DNA of 64,000 bases. It comes from a virus (Duplodnaviria; Caudoviricetes). Of this stretch, positions 56,553 through 64,000 are shown one piece after another. The notes under the pieces are model-generated. The model ran no database searches, had not been told where the DNA came from, and saw only the letters and a list, made by a program, of their open reading frames with translations. Numbering within the stretch: position 1 is the stretch's first letter; each line of letters starts with the position of its first letter. The position numbers and the translations under genes were made by a program. The stretch is from the IMG/VR virus record IMGVR_UViG_3300035390_000014, positions 1 to 64,000 of that record. One strand, given 5' to 3'.

Positions 56553-56840
56553 TTATAGATCTAGAAAACTAGAATCTTCATCCTCAATAATCTCAAGTAC
56601 AACTCGTCTTGTATCTTTTGGAAATTGAGTATTTTTTATTGCTAAAGTTAAGACTTTCAACGACTCAATGGTTCTACCTTTTTTTCCAATAATCTTTCCT
56701 AAATCTTCTTGATCACTTTTAATTTGTACAATAACAGATTTTGTAGAAACAGTTGTAGTAATCTTCACGTTTTCTGGATTGTCAACTATTTTTTTAATTG
56801 TAGATTCAACATAATCTTGTAGAATTTCAGACATATTCAT
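56553..56840 (-). CDS. khpA: KH-domain RNA-binding protein, KhpA/YlqC family
   Basis: IVDNPENVKI...DLGKIIGKKGRTIESLK (GxxG loop)...RVVLEI. Confidence 0.88.
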   Translation of the reverse strand: MNMSEILQDYVESTIKKIVDNPENVKITTTVSTKSVIVQIKSDQEDLGKIIGKKGRTIESLKVLTLAIKNTQFPKDTRRVVLEIIEDEDSSFLDL

Positions 56841-56889
56841 AATTTTTCCCCTTTTTAAAATAACATAAATAATATAGCATTCATTTTAA

Positions 56890-56899
56890 ATTTGTTCTA
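56890..56899 (-). promoter_or_regulatory. Motif class B (sense TAGAACAAAT)
   Basis: 50 nt upstream of the khpA start. Confidence 0.5.
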
Positions 56900-56930
56900 A
56901 AAATATACTACCTTCAGAAGCTAACTTACA

Positions 56931-58166
56931 TTATGATACAGGTTCTACTAAAGTAGGGTCAATTATTTCAGTTTGTATACATTCTTTAACTGCTATATCA
57001 AATTTTTCTTTGAAAATGGGATCTTCTTTACATAGGGTTTCTAAATCTTTTGTTCGGAATTTTTTTTCTGGATATGATACTAGATAATTCCACGCGCCAC
57101 TTGTTAATCTTTTATGTTTTACCAAAAAATGGAAGTTAGTTCTAATATTATTAAATCCACGAACAAAGTCTCCAATCAATTCAACAGTCATGTTAGGAGG
57201 CATCAATTTATTCTTAACAGATGTTACACTAACAAGAATACCATCAAATCCATATTTAGCAGGATCTAACACACCTTTAGCTTTCATTTCAAGTAATACA
57301 AAAGCATTAAACTTTAATGACTGTCCGCCAGGTAATGATTTACCAGCACTAAGGAATCTCAATTCTTTAGCAGGAGCAAATTGACCCATTGCTAACTGTT
57401 CTCTCATTTGGTTAACAGCTAAGAAAGCAATGTTATATTTTGAACATTTAGCAATATATTTTGGAATTAAGAATGATAAAAGTCTTGCTTTAAAACCAAT
57501 AGCTTGGTTTAAATCCTCAACTTCTCTTTCTCTTTGAGATGAGGTATTAGCAATTGAGTCCCAACATAATATTGAAGGAATATCTGTAATACCTTTTTTC
57601 TCTTTGAATAAACACATCACTTCTAAATGTTTAAATACTTTTTCAACAGTGATATCTGTATACGGATTAATTTTGGGTTTATTAACTCCTAAGTTAGCCA
57701 ATCTTTGACTAGTAGTAGCTTCCTCAGAATCAAGAAAGGAAGTTAAACAACCTTTATGTTCTCTTTGAGCTGCACCCATAGTTTGAATTGTAAGCATTGA
57801 TTTACCAGATCCTGGATTACCAACAACAATTGACAACGCTCCAACGGGAAACCCACCACCTAACATAGCATCTAAAACATCAATCCCAGTTGATACAGTC
57901 ATTTTCTTTCCAACTTCAGCTTTCATTTCACCTTTAACTTCAATGAAATCATTGAACTCAGCATATAGATCAGCTAACTCATTAGCATCTTCTAGTTTTT
58001 TCTTATCAACTTTTGTTAAAATAATATCACTAGCATCAACTTTAATACTACTCAATGCCTCAGACATTTTAGCTGAATCTTCTGCCTTTAATTTTTCATC
58101 AGCTTCTATCGCTTCCTCAGAAATTATTACTTCCTCTGTATCTTCACTCTTCTTTTTATCAACCAT
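56931..58166 (-). CDS. recA: RecA/UvsX-family recombinase with an acidic N-terminal extension
   Basis: STGIDVLDAMLGGGFP, GNPGSGKS, FLDSEEA, WDSIA, VNQMRE, GGQSLKF, VKNK. Confidence 0.9.
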   Translation of the reverse strand: MVDKKKSEDTEEVIISEEAIEADEKLKAEDSAKMSEALSSIKVDASDIILTKVDKKKLEDANELADLYAEFNDFIEVKGEMKAEVGKKMTVSTGIDVLDAMLGGGFPVGALSIVVGNPGSGKSMLTIQTMGAAQREHKGCLTSFLDSEEATTSQRLANLGVNKPKINPYTDITVEKVFKHLEVMCLFKEKKGITDIPSILCWDSIANTSSQREREVEDLNQAIGFKARLLSFLIPKYIAKCSKYNIAFLAVNQMREQLAMGQFAPAKELRFLSAGKSLPGGQSLKFNAFVLLEMKAKGVLDPAKYGFDGILVSVTSVKNKLMPPNMTVELIGDFVRGFNNIRTNFHFLVKHKRLTSGAWNYLVSYPEKKFRTKDLETLCKEDPIFKEKFDIAVKECIQTEIIDPTLVEPVS

Positions 58167-58620
58167 TAAGAACTTCCTCCATTAATAATTCTGGGTTTGG
58201 ACCAGATTTTAATTTAGCTTTTTTCTTTGTGAGTTTATCTTTTTTAGATTCAAAATTTTCAATTTTTGAGGCAAGTTTTCGTACATCAATTAATTCATTT
58301 AAATCACCTTTACCAGTGACTTTTCTTCTAATATCAATTTCGTCTTTAGTAGTTTTAAGTAGCTCTTTTCTAATATCTAATAAAACATTAAACATAGCAA
58401 CTGCTGTTTTAATTTTATCCTCAAAAAATTTAGCATATCTAGCATTTAATTTTTCAGGAAATAATTTATCAATATCATTTTTAAGTATTTCTACATCCTC
58501 AACCATTTGTAATAATGCTTGTCTTTGTGTAGCAAAATCCTCTAACAAATTTTGAATTATTAATTCACCGTCAGAATTATCAGATTTAATTGATGTTATA
58601 TCATTCATTGCTTTTGCCAT
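58159..58620 (-). CDS. Hypothetical coiled-coil protein
   Basis: 153-aa helical ORF. Confidence 0.6.
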   Translation of the reverse strand: MAKAMNDITSIKSDNSDGELIIQNLLEDFATQRQALLQMVEDVEILKNDIDKLFPEKLNARYAKFFEDKIKTAVAMFNVLLDIRKELLKTTKDEIDIRRKVTGKGDLNELIDVRKLASKIENFESKKDKLTKKKAKLKSGPNPELLMEEVLNG

Positions 58621-58622
58621 AG

Positions 58623-58823
58623 TTACTCCATGATAATTTTCATTTGACCTGTTTGATCAAGTTTATTTCTTTGTTGACCATTTTCAACAAAGACTCCATT
58701 TGTTACATAGTCACATTTAAATGAGACTAATCTATCTTGATCTGATCCAGCACATTCATTGAATGTATTATATGGACATGATGTACTATGTGGACATACC
58801 TGATTTGCTTCTAGTAATAACAT
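58623..58823 (-). CDS. Small Cys-containing protein
   Basis: CPHSTSCPY...C...C. Confidence 0.55.
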   Translation of the reverse strand: MLLLEANQVCPHSTSCPYNTFNECAGSDQDRLVSFKCDYVTNGVFVENGQQRNKLDQTGQMKIIME

Positions 58824-58835
58824 ATTTTTACTCCT

Positions 58836-60563
58836 TTATAAATCACATGTTCCGCTAACACATGCAACATCTAACATTTCTAAATCATGTTTAGCAGAAC
58901 CGGTTTTAAGATAATTAATTGCTTGATTTTTAGTTATCTTATTTAAAGGTTGTTCTCCCCTACACCCATCTTTATATACTGTAACTCCTTTTAAGTCATG
59001 TACATATTCAAGTAAGAGTCTACTTAAATCCTCTGATGTTGATTCTTTTGGAAGGTTAATTGTCTTTGATACAGATGCATCAACATACTTTTGAACAGTA
59101 CATTGAATATTAAAATGATCTTCTGGTTTAAGATCAAATGAATCTACAAACCATTCTGGTATTTCTTCGTTATTAGTAAGCATTTTTTCATACATTGGGT
59201 GAACATAAATTCTATTACCAACTCGATCTCTTCTTTCATATGCTTTAGCAAATAAAGGTTCACTTGAACTTGTATATGGGGTAAGAAGACTAATTGTACC
59301 TGTTGGTGCAATAGCTTGTATTGTACAATTTCTTATGCCATACTTCTTAATATCGAGTCTCATTGAGGCAGGGAGTTTCCTTATAAATGATGCCTTACCA
59401 TATAGAATCGGGTCAAAAGCAGGGAATGCACCCTTCTCAGCCGCTAATTCAATAGACGCCTCATAACATTTATTTCTAATAAATTGCATCAATCGTTCAA
59501 GTTCCATTATAGATTTTTCACTACCATAACGAACTTTTTTAGCAAATAAATATTCAGCTACACCAAGAACGCCAATGCCAATTCGTCTTGATTTATTAGC
59601 ATTAACCTCAATTTGTTTAAGTACATATTTATTACATTGAATTACATTATCAAGAAATCTTACAGCCAGTTTAATTGTTTGCTCTAATTTAACCCAGTTG
59701 GTATTAACAGAGCCAGTAATAAAATTAGGTAATACAAGGGATCCGAGATCACATACACCATAAGGTCCAAGAGTAGTTTCTCCACAAGGGTTAGTACCCA
59801 ATACTGGTTCAAAATAATAAGAATTATTTTTTGAAAAGTTTGTCCAATTGATAAGTCCGGGTTCTGCCGATGTCATCATATTTTCAACAATTTTATCCCA
59901 CACAACTTTAGCTTTAACTGTACCATATTTCTTTTGGTTAAATTTAAATGTCCAATCATCATTAGATTCAACTGCTTCTAAAAATTCATCATTAACATTT
60001 ACTGAAATATTAAAATGTGATAATCTTCCATGTACTAATTTAGCATCAATAAAGTCCATTACTTCTGGATGGCTAACGTCCACGTGTGCTATAGCAGCAG
60101 CTCTTCTTGCTCCACCACTTTCTATAGTATTAGCAACTCCATCAGCAGCTTCAACAAAACTAACTAGTCCAGATGAAATCCCACCTTTACCTAAAATTAC
60201 ATCACCTCTTGGTCTAAGTGATGAAAAATTACAACCAACTCCACCACCTTCTGACCAAAGAATAAGAGAATCTTTCATAAATTGCCCAATTTCTTCAATG
60301 CTATCACCTATTGGCAAATGGTAACAGTTAAATAAAGATCCTCTAGTTCTTGCAGCATTTCTTAGGATTCTACCACCTGGGAGAAAATCCATTGTTCCTA
60401 TCATCTCATGAAATGCATCTTTATATTTTGTTCTATTTGCCGTTTCTGGCGTAGCCATTGTATCAGCAACTCTTAGAGCACATGCATCCCAATCTTCACC
60501 TTTCATTAAATATCTACTAGTTGCTACTTCAAGTGCATTTCCAGTTAATTTAACTGATTTCAT
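58836..60563 (-). CDS. nrdJ: Ribonucleotide reductase, probably class II (adenosylcobalamin-dependent), no ATP cone
   Basis: FLPGGRIL, LFNC, GGGVG, FNISV, TNPCGE, AIAPTGTIS, VSKTIN, C-terminal CVSGTC; no beta-subunit gene in the window. Confidence 0.8.
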   Translation of the reverse strand: MKSVKLTGNALEVATSRYLMKGEDWDACALRVADTMATPETANRTKYKDAFHEMIGTMDFLPGGRILRNAARTRGSLFNCYHLPIGDSIEEIGQFMKDSLILWSEGGGVGCNFSSLRPRGDVILGKGGISSGLVSFVEAADGVANTIESGGARRAAAIAHVDVSHPEVMDFIDAKLVHGRLSHFNISVNVNDEFLEAVESNDDWTFKFNQKKYGTVKAKVVWDKIVENMMTSAEPGLINWTNFSKNNSYYFEPVLGTNPCGETTLGPYGVCDLGSLVLPNFITGSVNTNWVKLEQTIKLAVRFLDNVIQCNKYVLKQIEVNANKSRRIGIGVLGVAEYLFAKKVRYGSEKSIMELERLMQFIRNKCYEASIELAAEKGAFPAFDPILYGKASFIRKLPASMRLDIKKYGIRNCTIQAIAPTGTISLLTPYTSSSEPLFAKAYERRDRVGNRIYVHPMYEKMLTNNEEIPEWFVDSFDLKPEDHFNIQCTVQKYVDASVSKTINLPKESTSEDLSRLLLEYVHDLKGVTVYKDGCRGEQPLNKITKNQAINYLKTGSAKHDLEMLDVACVSGTCDL

Positions 60564-60613
60564 AAATGTTCCTCTCTATTTTAATTTTTGTATTTGTATC
60601 AGTTTTAGTATTA

Positions 60614-60623
60614 ATTTGTTCTT
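60614..60623 (-). promoter_or_regulatory. Motif class B variant (sense AAGAACAAAT)
   Basis: 51 nt upstream of the RNR start, downstream of a terminator. Confidence 0.45.
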
Positions 60624-60671
60624 ATTTTTTTAAATTGTTTCTAAAAACATGGAGTTTGATTCTAAAATTGG

Positions 60672-60715
60672 AAAAAAAATAGAAACAAACCCAGAGTGAG
60701 AATGTTTCTATTTTT
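60672..60715 (-). terminator. Intrinsic terminator
   Basis: AAAAATAGAAACA...TGTTTCTATTTTTTTT inverted repeat with a U8 tail on the minus strand. Confidence 0.7.
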
Positions 60716-60721
60716 CTATAC

Positions 60722-61219
60722 TTATAGTTTTTTTAGAATTTTATTAAATTTGGCAATTTGTCTTTGGTAGAATGTTTCTTCTTTAGGAGTAATTCTTAAT
60801 GGGGATGTTATATTTACTTTTGATTTAAATAAGATATAATTTTGCTGTTTAAATTTTTCATCACTTATATTACCAAGTGAAATTAAATGATATAACCCAT
60901 TAACTTTTCTCCCTTGCATAACTATAATAATATGAGATGATGTAAATTTATTTAATTGAGCTATACCTTGATCAAATAATTCTATATTACCACCACCATA
61001 TTCACCAGCAGGAATATCTCCTTTGAATAATGCTTCTTTTTCTGAATGAATATGTGTTTTAATTGCTAGTACTTTTTGATTTGGAACTAAAGGAACTGTT
61101 TTTGGAACAGCAAAAGAGTGCCAATGATCGCTTTTATTAGGATCTTCGAACCGAAGGTCTTGATGAAATCCGGCACGACGCGCCTTGTGATTATGAATTA
61201 CAAATCTTACTTTTTTCAT
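60722..61219 (-). CDS. Stand-alone LigD 3'-phosphoesterase (PE) domain protein
   Basis: FVIHNHKARRAGFHQDLRFE, HSFAVPK, LAIKTHIH, GDIPAGEYGGG. Confidence 0.85.
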   Translation of the reverse strand: MKKVRFVIHNHKARRAGFHQDLRFEDPNKSDHWHSFAVPKTVPLVPNQKVLAIKTHIHSEKEALFKGDIPAGEYGGGNIELFDQGIAQLNKFTSSHIIIVMQGRKVNGLYHLISLGNISDEKFKQQNYILFKSKVNITSPLRITPKEETFYQRQIAKFNKILKKL

Positions 61220-61221
61220 AT

Positions 61222-61761
61222 TTACCTCACAGCGTTTTTAACTCTAAATGCTAAAGTATTCCACCATTTTTCCCAACCTGGTTGTCCATACCATGATTTA
61301 GAAGCCACAATAAATCTAGGTCTTCCTTGTTGTCCTATTTTATAATCACATTTAGTAACACCATGATTTAAAGAATTTTTAATTTTATCCAAATATTTTG
61401 TATCACTATCTTTATTTGGCATAACTCTAAATACTATAAAAGAAACCCAATCCTTATCATGACCTTCACAAGATGCTCGCATTTCAATTTCTTTAATAGA
61501 ACTTAGATCATTTAACCATTTATTTTCTATGTGGATATCTATACTTAAACCTTTCCAGGATTTATGTTCAATATTTCCTGGGTATTGTCCTCTCATACCA
61601 GTAGGAGCTTTTTTTCCATAAACCATTTCATAAGCTGCCACAGGAGAAGGCACTCTGTCAGACCCACCTCTTTGACCCATACCTCTACCTTGACCACTAC
61701 CAGATCTATATAAGTCTGGAAATTCATTTAAATGAGTTAAATATTTATTTATCAATGTCAT
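61222..61761 (-). CDS. Putative virion-internal protein (LxE propeptide)
   Basis: YLTHLNE|FPD, followed by a Gly-rich linker and a globular domain. Confidence 0.45.
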   Translation of the reverse strand: MTLINKYLTHLNEFPDLYRSGSGQGRGMGQRGGSDRVPSPVAAYEMVYGKKAPTGMRGQYPGNIEHKSWKGLSIDIHIENKWLNDLSSIKEIEMRASCEGHDKDWVSFIVFRVMPNKDSDTKYLDKIKNSLNHGVTKCDYKIGQQGRPRFIVASKSWYGQPGWEKWWNTLAFRVKNAVR

Positions 61762-61763
61762 GT

Positions 61764-62036
61764 TTAATCCTCAACCCCGGCGTCTTTTTCCATTTTTGCC
61801 AATCTAGTGTAATAGTCAGAAATTTCAGCTAAATGATCTTTCGCAATACGCTCTGCTATTTTAGGATTATTAGTATGCTCTTTTTCAACTTCTATACCCA
61901 TTTTTAATTGTTCTGAATCATAAGAACCATTGAAATTAGTGGATTTGCCTGGGCCTAAAAATTTTTCAATTTCATCTGGTATACCATTAGATTCATGTAA
62001 GTGATTTAAATAGGTTTTTATTTTTTTATTTAACAT
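61764..62036 (-). CDS. DUF5661-like protein with an LxE propeptide
   Basis: QLKMGIEVEKEHT...IAKDHLAEISDYYTRL; YLNHLHE|SNG. Confidence 0.7.
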   Translation of the reverse strand: MLNKKIKTYLNHLHESNGIPDEIEKFLGPGKSTNFNGSYDSEQLKMGIEVEKEHTNNPKIAERIAKDHLAEISDYYTRLAKMEKDAGVED

Positions 62037-62038
62037 AA

Positions 62039-62587
62039 CTAACCTCTTTTAATATTATTTTTATAATCCTCCAATGCTAACATAGCAAGACAATATGCAT
62101 CACAAATATTATCATCCTTAAAATCAATACCATATTTACATTTTGCTACACGCATCATCAAAGCTTTATCAGCATGTCCATCAGTTGTGTGCCATTTTTT
62201 TAATTGAGTTGGTGGTATTACTGCATAATAGGTATCTGATTTTATAAGTTTATTTAAAATTAAATACAATAAACCACATCTTTCAAATAACGTTGGACTA
62301 TTTGAACTATAAGCTAATCCTTCTATATATACGGATTGTAATCTAGCAACTTCATCTATATATCCTAATTGATCAAAAATATCAGATACTCTTTGTTCTC
62401 CACTCATATAACATTCTTTATCAGTTGAAATTAAATGCTCGTATTCAATTTCAGCTTTGTCATTAATTATAACAACCGCATTTCCTTTTAATGATGGATC
62501 AATACCAACAAAATGTTTTTCTAGGTTGTGCCAATCTTCGCCTTTTTCCATCTCTTCAAACATTTTACTTATATTAGCTTTACTCAT
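62039..62587 (-). CDS. ruvC: RuvC-like Holliday junction resolvase
   Basis: VGIDPS, VYIEG, IPPTQLKK, DDNICDAYCLA. Confidence 0.85.
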   Translation of the reverse strand: MSKANISKMFEEMEKGEDWHNLEKHFVGIDPSLKGNAVVIINDKAEIEYEHLISTDKECYMSGEQRVSDIFDQLGYIDEVARLQSVYIEGLAYSSNSPTLFERCGLLYLILNKLIKSDTYYAVIPPTQLKKWHTTDGHADKALMMRVAKCKYGIDFKDDNICDAYCLAMLALEDYKNNIKRG

Positions 62588-62856
62588 ATTATCATAATCC
62601 CAGGGTTATTAATTAATTCGATTAATACATCACCATGACATGCCTTAGGTTTACACCAACAACCAAGTACCTTACCTTTTAACTTTGGCAATGACTCCAT
62701 TATTTCTTTATTTTTTAAAGCATATATTCTATATTTCGCAATAACTTCTGATCTAGATCCATCTTTCCCTATAATAAATGGATTGCCCCATATTGTTCCA
62801 TGGCCAATATAAATATCATAATTAGATTTTTCGCAATGAACTATTTTAGTAGTCAT
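62584..62856 (-). CDS. DUF4326-family protein
   Basis: DIYIGHGTIWGNPF...LKGKVLGCWCKPKACHGDVL. Confidence 0.85.
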   Translation of the reverse strand: MTTKIVHCEKSNYDIYIGHGTIWGNPFIIGKDGSRSEVIAKYRIYALKNKEIMESLPKLKGKVLGCWCKPKACHGDVLIELINNPGIMII

Positions 62857-63053
62857 TATTTATTTCTATTTCTACCCCCAGGAAATCCTGGACTTTGATT
62901 TTGACCATCACCACGTTTATTTCCTTGGTTGCCCCATTTACCCAATCCACCACCACTACCATCTTTTCTTCTTTCTCTTCTTGGTGTTGGAGTTCCTTGA
63001 CCATCTGTTTTGGGTCCATTGCCGTCAGGACCAGTTCCATCTTTATAAGGCAT
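62856..63053 (-). CDS. Gly-rich small protein, DUF5320-like
   Basis: MPYKDGTGPDGNGP...RKDGSGGG. Confidence 0.55.
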   Translation of the reverse strand: MPYKDGTGPDGNGPKTDGQGTPTPRRERRKDGSGGGLGKWGNQGNKRGDGQNQSPGFPGGRNRNK

Positions 63054-63072
63054 AATAATCTCCTTTATATTA

Positions 63073-63294
63073 TTATAGTGACCATTCTGGATTTCTTGTT
63101 ATTGAAGCATTTGACCACATATTAGATTCTTCTATTTTTGTAATTGCATTAGATTTTTCTTTACTATCAGGACATAATTCATTTACTAGTTCACAATACT
63201 CTTTAGCCATATTTCTTAATCTTTCATATTTTATAAGATCATGTGGCATTGGTTTATGATATGTAAAATTATTTTCAATTTCTGTCTTTTTCAT
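63073..63294 (-). CDS. Acb2/Tad1-hairpin-like small protein (candidate immune-signal sponge); start reassigned to 63294
   Basis: GGAG RBS; IENNFTYHKP...YERLRNMAKE...CPDSKEKSNAITKIEESNMWSNASI. Confidence 0.6.
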   Translation of the reverse strand: MKKTEIENNFTYHKPMPHDLIKYERLRNMAKEYCELVNELCPDSKEKSNAITKIEESNMWSNASITRNPEWSL

Positions 63295-63601
63295 TAGGTT
63301 CTCCTTGTTCATAAAAATATGGATTATTATCTTCATCATATTCTTCTTCTGACCAATACAATTTATCACAATGTGGACATATTGGATTTAAAACCCCATG
63401 TTGTACAGTTCCACACCTTGGACAAGCAATCTCTCCAACTGGAACTTTATATTTTAATGCTGGATCTCTTGGCCAATCTTGATCTTTTAATTCTTTATCA
63501 TGAGCTTTAGCACATTCTTCACAACAAAATAATTGAAATATAGTATCTTTATCATTTTTCCATACATAATATTCTTTTTGACAATATAAGCATATAGCCA
63601 T
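63275..63601 (-). CDS. Zn-finger protein
   Basis: CLYC...CCEEC, CPRC...CPHC. Confidence 0.6.
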   Translation of the reverse strand: MAICLYCQKEYYVWKNDKDTIFQLFCCEECAKAHDKELKDQDWPRDPALKYKVPVGEIACPRCGTVQHGVLNPICPHCDKLYWSEEEYDEDNNPYFYEQGEPNEKDRN

Positions 63602-63765
63602 TAGTATTCCTTTAATTGATTTCTAATATATTTTTTAGCTTCTTGTCTTGCTTTTTTCTTTCCGCAAGTACCCATATCTTCCCACCAATTTTTTAAACCA
63701 TGTAAAAGTTTATATGGATGATTTCTATAATTATATCTTATTTTTTTATTTCCATATGGTTGCAT
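63601..63765 (-). CDS. Small basic protein (start reassigned to 63765)
   Basis: MQPYGNKK...KARQEAKKYI; the track's longer start overlaps the upstream gene. Confidence 0.5.
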   Translation of the reverse strand: MQPYGNKKIRYNYRNHPYKLLHGLKNWWEDMGTCGKKKARQEAKKYIRNQLKEY

Positions 63766-63769
63766 AATA

Positions 63770-64000
63770 TTATCCAAAATCAATTGAAACGTTTGGTAAG
63801 TATAATCTTTCACATTTTTCAATACATTGTTCTTTTAACTCTTTACCTTCATCACCAACTTCTTCATTTAAAGGAATTTCTCCAAATGGTGTTCTGATTT
63901 GTCCACCATATTTTTTTCTTATTCTACCAATTTGAATCATGATATCAGCTAATGCAAATTTACAAAATAAAATTTGATGTTCATTTGGAATATCTCTTAG
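63770..64000 (-). CDS. Partial (3' end) CDS, possibly a neck/head-completion protein (T4 gp13-like)
   Basis: Open frame from the window edge: ...ALADIMIQIGRIRKKYGGQIRTPFGEIPLNEEVGDEGKELKEQCIEKCERLYLPNVSIDFG*. Confidence 0.4.
   Translation of the reverse strand, partial: LRDIPNEHQILFCKFALADIMIQIGRIRKKYGGQIRTPFGEIPLNEEVGDEGKELKEQCIEKCERLYLPNVSIDFG

Noticed and set aside
3957-63510. All plus-strand ORFs in the track and short minus-strand ORFs nested in other frames (e.g. 3577, 5653, 9596, 25825, 29625, 31869, 32127, 32403, 35231, 62846)
   Set aside because: They overlap well-supported genes, lack RBSs and motifs, and look like shadow ORFs of AT-rich coding DNA.
1-64000. Uracil-substituted genome (AR9/PBS1-like), suggested by high AT and the AACA motif
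   Set aside because: Cannot be read from sequence; no dUTP-pathway or UNG-inhibitor gene was recognised in the window.
1-64000. Alternative genetic code (stop-codon reassignment)
   Set aside because: Long conserved genes are intact under the standard code and pack end-to-end using TAA, TAG and TGA stops.
1-64000. tRNA or rRNA genes
   Set aside because: No cloverleaf or T-loop signature was noticed and intergenic space is minimal; a tRNAscan run would be needed to be certain.

Overview
This window is a 64-kb, strongly AT-rich segment of a large (jumbo-type) tailed bacteriophage genome. Every credible gene is on the minus strand; the plus-strand ORFs in the track are antisense shadows. It encodes two separate two-barrel multisubunit RNA polymerases. 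RNAP-1 (128-5920) has intact beta and beta' subunits. RNAP-2 (36870-45765) has a beta with a long N-terminal extension and a beta' that appears split inside the trigger loop. Directly upstream of and co-oriented with RNAP-1 is what looks like a complete phage-encoded ubiquitin-like conjugation cassette: E2 with a large accessory region, JAB/JAMM protease, E1, a Ubl fused to a putative nucleic-acid-binding helix-extension-helix, a second degenerate E1 and a second small E2-like protein. Replication and recombination genes include SbcC/SbcD, an SF2 helicase, two type II topoisomerase subunits, a probable SSB, RecA, RuvC, a Cas4-like exonuclease and a class II-type RNR. There is also a MoxR-VWA pair, an HNH-QueD fusion, a type IV pilin-like gene, KhpA, CreA, a stand-alone LigD phosphoesterase, an Acb2/Tad1-like protein, baseplate genes, an amidase, and a family of probable virion-internal proteins with (L/I)-x-E propeptide-like motifs. 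Two recurrent upstream motifs suggest early and late promoter classes. All family assignments come from motif recognition by eye; no database searches were run.
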